NCBI GenBank assembly: GCA_044227375.1
Contig: JBGAWX010000001.1
Span: 1 to 42,023 of the forward strand
DNA: 42,023 nucleotides
Direction: 5' to 3'
Source: Saprospiraceae bacterium
GTDB taxonomy: Bacteria > Bacteroidota > Bacteroidia > Chitinophagales > Saprospiraceae
A program made the position numbers and the translations under genes. The notes beneath the pieces are model-generated. The model did no database searches. It was given only the letters and a program-made list of their open reading frames with translations, and was not told the DNA's origin. This document shows, in pieces, positions 37,685 to 42,023 of this stretch (its first letter is position 1; each line of letters begins with the position of its first letter).

Positions 37685-38971
37685 CTAGTTCTTCAAAATA
37701 AATTTACAGTGTTTCATTTTATCGGATTCCCGGATTTGCAAAATATACATGCCCCCAGGCAATTCACTTGCATCAAATTCTATTTGTTGTTTGCCGTGAT
37801 GCAAAATAGCAGGATTTAGATTCAATGTCAAGTTGTTCAACATATTTGTTATAAGGATCCGAACTTTTGCGGAATTAGAAATGAAAACTTCAATCTTCAA
37901 CCTACCATTCGCCGGATTCGGATAAACAGAAACTAACTCGTTCTCTTCATAATTGCTTTGGTCATTTGAAGTGTTTAATTTTGACAAGCCTTGTTTAAAC
38001 ACCCCGAGATCCGTTGCAGCATAGATTGTATCTCCCAAAATCAAAAGATCCTTTACTAAAAAAGGCAGGGTCGCATTACCCAATCGCAATCCGTTATTGT
38101 TTGCTTTAAAGGTGATGCCATAATCATCAGAACTATAAACACCACCATACGTCGTTCCATAAAACACCTGATTTCCATATATCGCGATCGAATGCACGTC
38201 TCCATTTAAATTGGTATTTGCTGACTGCTCCCATAGCTGACCATTATTTGTCGAACGAAAAATTCCAACATCATCCGTTCCTGCAAAAACAAGCGAATCA
38301 TTTGCCGCTAAAGAAATCACTGCTTCAAGGTGTGCTCCATTCCGAATGAATCCATTGTTGATCAATTGCCATGCATTTCCGTTCAATGGACTTACAAATG
38401 CGACTCCGGTATCCGGCATGGTGGTATTTACACCTGCAGTGCCCGCGAATAAATAATTGCTATTGCTTGCCAGTGAAAAGACTTTCAAATCATCCATACC
38501 CTGATTGTTGTAGAGCACCGACCATGTCATGGCAGTATCATAAGAAACGTAAACACCTCCGCCATATGAAGCTGCATAGATTACATTTCCAACTGTTATA
38601 ATATCCTGCAATACTTTTCTTCCAATTCCATTATTCAACACTTCCCACTTCGATCCATTGAGTGTTGTCCTTAGAATTCCTCCACCTCTTTGTGCTACAA
38701 TTAAAAATGTATCGAGAGTTGTCATGGACCATGATTGCGAATTTTTTAAAACCTGATCCAATGGCAATACATTCCAATGATTCCCGCCATCGATGGATTT
38801 ATAAACACCCGCTTTTTCCGTTCCTGCAAAAAGTACTGAACCAATATTTGCTAAAGATAAAATTCCTGTATCTGAAGGCAATCCATTGGAGCATCTGATC
38901 CATAATTTCTGTGAGTAAGAAAAAGAGGTGAATAACACCAAGATGTATATTGAGAAAATACTTTTATTCAT
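37685..38971 (-). CDS. T9SS cargo protein with BNR/Asp-box beta-propeller, distant paralogue of 27462..28943
   Basis: Start moved to ATG 38971 (MNKSIFSIYILVLFTSFSYSQ signal). Asp-box-like repeats (YKSIDGGNHWN, FRSTNNGQLWE, VSYDTAMTWS). C-terminal sorting domain VYPNPANGRLKIEV..GGMYILQIRE.. Confidence 0.7.
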   Translation of the reverse strand: MNKSIFSIYILVLFTSFSYSQKLWIRCSNGLPSDTGILSLANIGSVLFAGTEKAGVYKSIDGGNHWNVLPLDQVLKNSQSWSMTTLDTFLIVAQRGGGILRTTLNGSKWEVLNNGIGRKVLQDIITVGNVIYAASYGGGVYVSYDTAMTWSVLYNNQGMDDLKVFSLASNSNYLFAGTAGVNTTMPDTGVAFVSPLNGNAWQLINNGFIRNGAHLEAVISLAANDSLVFAGTDDVGIFRSTNNGQLWEQSANTNLNGDVHSIAIYGNQVFYGTTYGGVYSSDDYGITFKANNNGLRLGNATLPFLVKDLLILGDTIYAATDLGVFKQGLSKLNTSNDQSNYEENELVSVYPNPANGRLKIEVFISNSAKVRILITNMLNNLTLNLNPAILHHGKQQIEFDASELPGGMYILQIRESDKMKHCKFILKN

Positions 38972-38985
38972 ATATATGCAAAGCT

Positions 38986-38993
38986 CAAAAATA
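38986..38993 (-). promoter_or_regulatory. -7 promoter box (TATTTTTG)
   Basis: Minus-strand TAnnTTTG match 15 nt upstream of ATG 38971. Confidence 0.4.
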
Positions 38994-39148
38994 TTGTTGT
39001 CAATAGAACCAGACATATGTACTGTTTCTATTTGATGCAGCTTTAAACCTGAAAATAATGAATTAACTATAATTTTTGGAAGGTTAAAGAGGGGTTCTTT
39101 AAATAAAAAATCCCCATACCATTTCTGATAAGAGGATTTAAGAAGTTG

Positions 39149-39219
39149 AGGTCGAGAGCGGATTCGAACCGCTGTAGCAGCTTTTGCAGAGCTGAGCCTA
39201 GCCCCTCGGCCACCCGACC
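39149..39219 (-). tRNA. tRNA-Cys (anticodon GCA), 71 nt, CCA not encoded
   Basis: Manual fold of the reverse complement GGTCGGG-TG-GCCG-AGGGGCT-AGGC-T-CAGCT-CTGCAAA-AGCTG-CTAC-AGCGG-TTCGAAT-CCGCT-CTCGACC-T. 7-bp acceptor stem with one G-U pair. Anticodon loop CU-GCA-AA. T-loop TTCGAAT. Discriminator U73, the known tRNA-Cys identity element. Confidence 0.88.
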
Positions 39220-39235
39220 CTATTTAAAGAGTTGG

Positions 39236-39243
39236 CAAAGGTA
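39236..39243 (-). promoter_or_regulatory. -7 promoter box (TACCTTTG) for tRNA-Cys
   Basis: Minus-strand TAnnTTTG match 16 nt upstream of the mature tRNA 5' end. Confidence 0.5.
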
Positions 39244-39255
39244 GAAAAAATTTTA

Positions 39256-39318
39256 AGTTGGCAGCTCACAGTTTTCGGTTGATATTTTACAGTTACACAG
39301 TTGGCAGTTTGTCCAGTT
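39256..39318. repeat. Degenerate heptad tract (AGTTNNN-type, ~9 units)
   Basis: AGTTGGC AGCTCAC AGTTTTC GGTTGAT ATTTTAC AGTTACA CAGTTGG CAGTTTG TCCAGTT. Confidence 0.45.
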
Positions 39319-39423
39319 GTTATTATGTATATCAAAGAAAACCAGTCCTTTATGTATTGGAATAAGGAAACAATTGAATCATGCTTTAAACCATCTCTAA
39401 TAGCATCAATGACATTTCAAAAA

Positions 39424-39493
39424 ACTGTAACTGCCAACCGCCAACTTCTCCCTATTCCCCAAAGCCCCTAAATAGCTAACTCCCTTCCTCTCA
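39424..39493. repeat. Degenerate heptad tract (CNNNNAA/CC-type, 10 units)
   Basis: ACTGTAA CTGCCAA CCGCCAA CTTCTCC CTATTCC CCAAAGC CCCTAAA TAGCTAA CTCCCTT CCTCTCA. The last unit contains the stop codon (39491-39493) of the M28 peptidase gene. Confidence 0.45.
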
Positions 39494-40717
39494 AAACTCC
39501 ACCTTCTTCACCAACACCTGGTCCTTTCTTTTTACATGCACGTCTGCGGACTGGCCTTTCTCAAATTTGCTCAGGGCAGCCATGTATTCATAAACATCTT
39601 TCACCTTATGATCACCGATCTGAATAATTATATCCCCGCCTTCCAGTCCCGCCTTTTGAGCAGGACGATTGTCCAACACGGCATCGATCCGCATGCCTTC
39701 TCCATTAAATACATAATCCGGCATGACTCCCATAGTGACTTTAAATGAACTCACTTTTTGTTTGTCCTCATCTTTGGTTTTTTGGAAAGTCAGTTTCGGA
39801 GATTCGTTCAATTCCTGAATGGTTGAAAGTATAATTTCAGATACTTGTTTAATTCCTGAATAATTCACCAACGGACTGTCATCACTGGGTTTGTGATAGT
39901 CTTTATGCTGACCGGTAAAGAAATGAAGTACCGGAATGTCTTTAAGATAGAATGAAGTGTGATCTGATGGCCCGATACCACCGTCAGAGTAATTAAATGT
40001 AAAATCAGCTGGCTTGATTTTATCCAACAATTGTTTCCATTCCAATGATGTCCCTACGCCGCTGATGGAAATGGTCTTTTCAGGATTCAGTCTTCCGACC
40101 ATATCCATGTTGATCATTGCCAATATGCTTTCTCTTGGTATGGTGGGATTTTCCATAAATGCTTTGGATCCGAATAAACCAAACTCTTCTCCTGAAAATG
40201 CGATAAACAATACATTAAAGGGAAGTTTTTTTACCTGGCTTAATTGTTCTGCTAACCAAAGAAGCGAAGCCACTCCGCTGGCATTGTCATCCGCTCCATT
40301 ATGGATAGAATGATCATTCGGACTTAATGATCCTGTAGCTCCATGTCCCAAATGATCATAATGCGCACCTATTACAATTGTTTTTTTTGCTTTCTTATTT
40401 AGGAAGCCCAATACATTCTTGCCCACTTTATCCTGATTTTTTACATCATGTGGATTGGAGGCAAAACGGAATTCCTGAAACCAACTTTCATCCCCACCAG
40501 CTGTCAATCCAATGGTTGCCATTCTTTTCTGAATGTATCCCGCCGCAAGGGATTCTCCAGCAGATCCTGTTTCCCTTCCTTCCAGATCATCAGATGCCAG
40601 ATAAACCACATCGACACGAATTTGCATTAATGGATCTGTCTGACCATTGCTTTTGAAAACAAGGAATAAAAAAAGCGCACTAATTACTAGTGATTTGAAC
40701 TTAATGATTTTATACAT
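39491..40717 (-). CDS. M28 family metallopeptidase with C-terminal PDZ domain
   Basis: 408 aa with a signal peptide. M28 metal-ligand regions GAHYDHLG, GADDNASGVASLL and FSGEEFGLFGS. PDZ-like AGLEGGDIIIQIGDHKVKD. Confidence 0.85.
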   Translation of the reverse strand: MYKIIKFKSLVISALFLFLVFKSNGQTDPLMQIRVDVVYLASDDLEGRETGSAGESLAAGYIQKRMATIGLTAGGDESWFQEFRFASNPHDVKNQDKVGKNVLGFLNKKAKKTIVIGAHYDHLGHGATGSLSPNDHSIHNGADDNASGVASLLWLAEQLSQVKKLPFNVLFIAFSGEEFGLFGSKAFMENPTIPRESILAMINMDMVGRLNPEKTISISGVGTSLEWKQLLDKIKPADFTFNYSDGGIGPSDHTSFYLKDIPVLHFFTGQHKDYHKPSDDSPLVNYSGIKQVSEIILSTIQELNESPKLTFQKTKDEDKQKVSSFKVTMGVMPDYVFNGEGMRIDAVLDNRPAQKAGLEGGDIIIQIGDHKVKDVYEYMAALSKFEKGQSADVHVKRKDQVLVKKVEF

Positions 40718-40728
40718 AAATAAGAGAT

Positions 40729-40763
40729 AATTATTAATTGTAAATGGTTAATGGTTAATTGCT
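40729..40763. repeat. Degenerate heptad tract (AATKGTT-type, 5 units)
   Basis: AATTATT AATTGTA AATGGTT AATGGTT AATTGCT. It starts 12 nt upstream of the M28 peptidase start codon. Confidence 0.7.
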
Positions 40764-40893
40764 GTGAGTCAAATGGAACTTAGAAAAGTCATTAAAAGAT
40801 AATGTTCAATGGTCTGCAGTCGATTGTCAGTAGTCATTTTGTTATTTGACTTCAAAGCTACAAACAAAGCTTCATTTTGAAGGTTCAAAACCT

Positions 40894-40901
40894 TAATTTT
40901 G
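40894..40901 (+). promoter_or_regulatory. -7 promoter box (TAATTTTG)
   Basis: TAnnTTTG match 19 nt upstream of ATG 40920. Confidence 0.45.
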
Positions 40902-40919
40902 CCAGCCTAAAATGGGTTT

Positions 40920-42023
40920 ATGACCAAAAAAAATATCGCGGTAGTTGCTGTTGTCCTTGCCATTCTTGTGTATTTGCTTGTTTGCATGTTCTCTCCGGCA
41001 GTGTACAGTTATAAAGATGAAATCAAGATTACCGGACCATACAAAATGGTCTTTGTGATTATTAACGATATTAAGGACTGGCCCAAATGGTACAGCTGGA
41101 AGAAGTCCGATCCTGAATTGGTCTTTTCTAAAGGCGGAAGGGAATTGAATAAAGGTGCAAATTTTTCATTTGAAAGTAAAGATTTCGGAAAAGGATATGT
41201 TGAACTTTTGGAAGGATATCAGGATTCTACGGTGTCTGCTGTAATTAAAGGTTCAAAAATTCCAAATGATCTGGAAGTCAATTGGCAAATTCTTCCGGAA
41301 GGAACCAAATCAGTTTATGTAAATTTCAAAGCCAGGTTGACCGGTAAAATTCCATTCATTCAAAGAGCCTATTATCTGGGAATGCATAAAAAACTGGATA
41401 AGATGTTTCATGAAGATCTCGAAGGAATTAAATCGTATGTTGAAGAATTAGTGAAAGGAGATTTTGGTGTAGAGAAAGTTGCATTTGAAGGACAAAAATA
41501 TTTTGGCAAACTCGACATCATAGTCAATTCAAAGATTCCGCAATTTTATGCTAAATACCTTCCCTTAGTTTATAAAATGCTGGATTCTATGAAAGTTGAA
41601 ATCACAGGGCCCCCGGCAGGATTGATCTTCGACTGGGAAGCAAAAAGTGGTTATGTTGCCATCATGGCAGCACTTCCAATTAATGTCAAATTGCCAAACA
41701 TCCCGGGATGGAGTTATGTGGATGTTGAAAAAGCAGAATGCTTTAAATATAAAAATTTTGGCAGTTACACCACTTTGAGAAATGCACATGCAAAATTGAA
41801 TTACCTGATGGATAATTCCCCTTATACTTTAGGTGCACCTGTCATTGAAGAATACGTCACTTCTCCATCACAGGAACCTGATACCAGTAAATGGCAAACC
41901 AATATTTATTACTTGTTTTATACAAAAGGTGGATATAGTAAAACCGTAGAACAAAAACGCACACTTGAAGAAATGATCAAGATGGAAGATGAAGCCAGAC
42001 TTAAAAAATTGAAAGATCTCTAT
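40920..42023 (+). CDS. Membrane-anchored SRPBCC (START-like) plus GyrI-like domain protein, 3'-partial (open at the window end)
   Basis: Not in the ORF track. I translated 368 codons from ATG 40920 to the window end without a stop (MTKKNIAVVAVVLAILVYLLV..DIKDWPKWYSWKK.. ..FGSYTTLRNAHAKLNYLMDNSPYTLGAPVIEEYVTSP..). N-terminal TM helix. Domain calls are by eye and moderately confident. Confidence 0.7.
   Translation, partial: MTKKNIAVVAVVLAILVYLLVCMFSPAVYSYKDEIKITGPYKMVFVIINDIKDWPKWYSWKKSDPELVFSKGGRELNKGANFSFESKDFGKGYVELLEGYQDSTVSAVIKGSKIPNDLEVNWQILPEGTKSVYVNFKARLTGKIPFIQRAYYLGMHKKLDKMFHEDLEGIKSYVEELVKGDFGVEKVAFEGQKYFGKLDIIVNSKIPQFYAKYLPLVYKMLDSMKVEITGPPAGLIFDWEAKSGYVAIMAALPINVKLPNIPGWSYVDVEKAECFKYKNFGSYTTLRNAHAKLNYLMDNSPYTLGAPVIEEYVTSPSQEPDTSKWQTNIYYLFYTKGGYSKTVEQKRTLEEMIKMEDEARLKKLKDLY

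Noticed and set aside
39017-39148. Integrated element at the 3' side of tRNA-Cys
   Set aside because: There is no integrase gene and no direct repeat of the tRNA 3' end. The adjacent gene is an ordinary T9SS cargo gene only about 180 nt away.

Overview
AT-rich, Bacteroidota-like chromosomal segment, judged from T9SS C-terminal sorting domains, TAnnTTTG -7 promoter boxes and a Rho with a long N-terminal insertion. I call about 30 protein genes. Most are housekeeping (dnaE, frr, serS, rho, rpmH-rnpA, lysA, galK), mixed with many secreted or lipoprotein peptidases (S9, M42, M28-PDZ, S37-like, Zn-peptidase), four T9SS cargo proteins and one tRNA-Cys(GCA). Two genes are absent from the ORF track: rpmH (51 aa) and an open-ended CDS at the right edge. 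The unusual content is non-coding. (1) An IS200-like HUH/Y1 (RAYT-type) transposase gene is bracketed by REPIN-like double-hairpin repeats, with a four-unit 126-bp tandem array on one side. (2) At least ten intergenic tracts show strict or degenerate 7-bp periodicity (STRR-like heptamer repeats). Several share a TAGGC core with the REP hairpin, and one supplies the last codons and stop of galK. (3) A ~177-bp tandem duplication downstream of lysA carries four copies of the palindrome TTGACTAAAGTCAA and a second copy of the lysA 3' end. (4) An FNR-like reductase gene is disrupted, and a GHMP kinase has a conserved N-terminus lying upstream of any canonical start codon. I recognised no CRISPR array, defence or toxin system, prophage or integron. 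All homology statements come from motif recognition by eye, not from searches.
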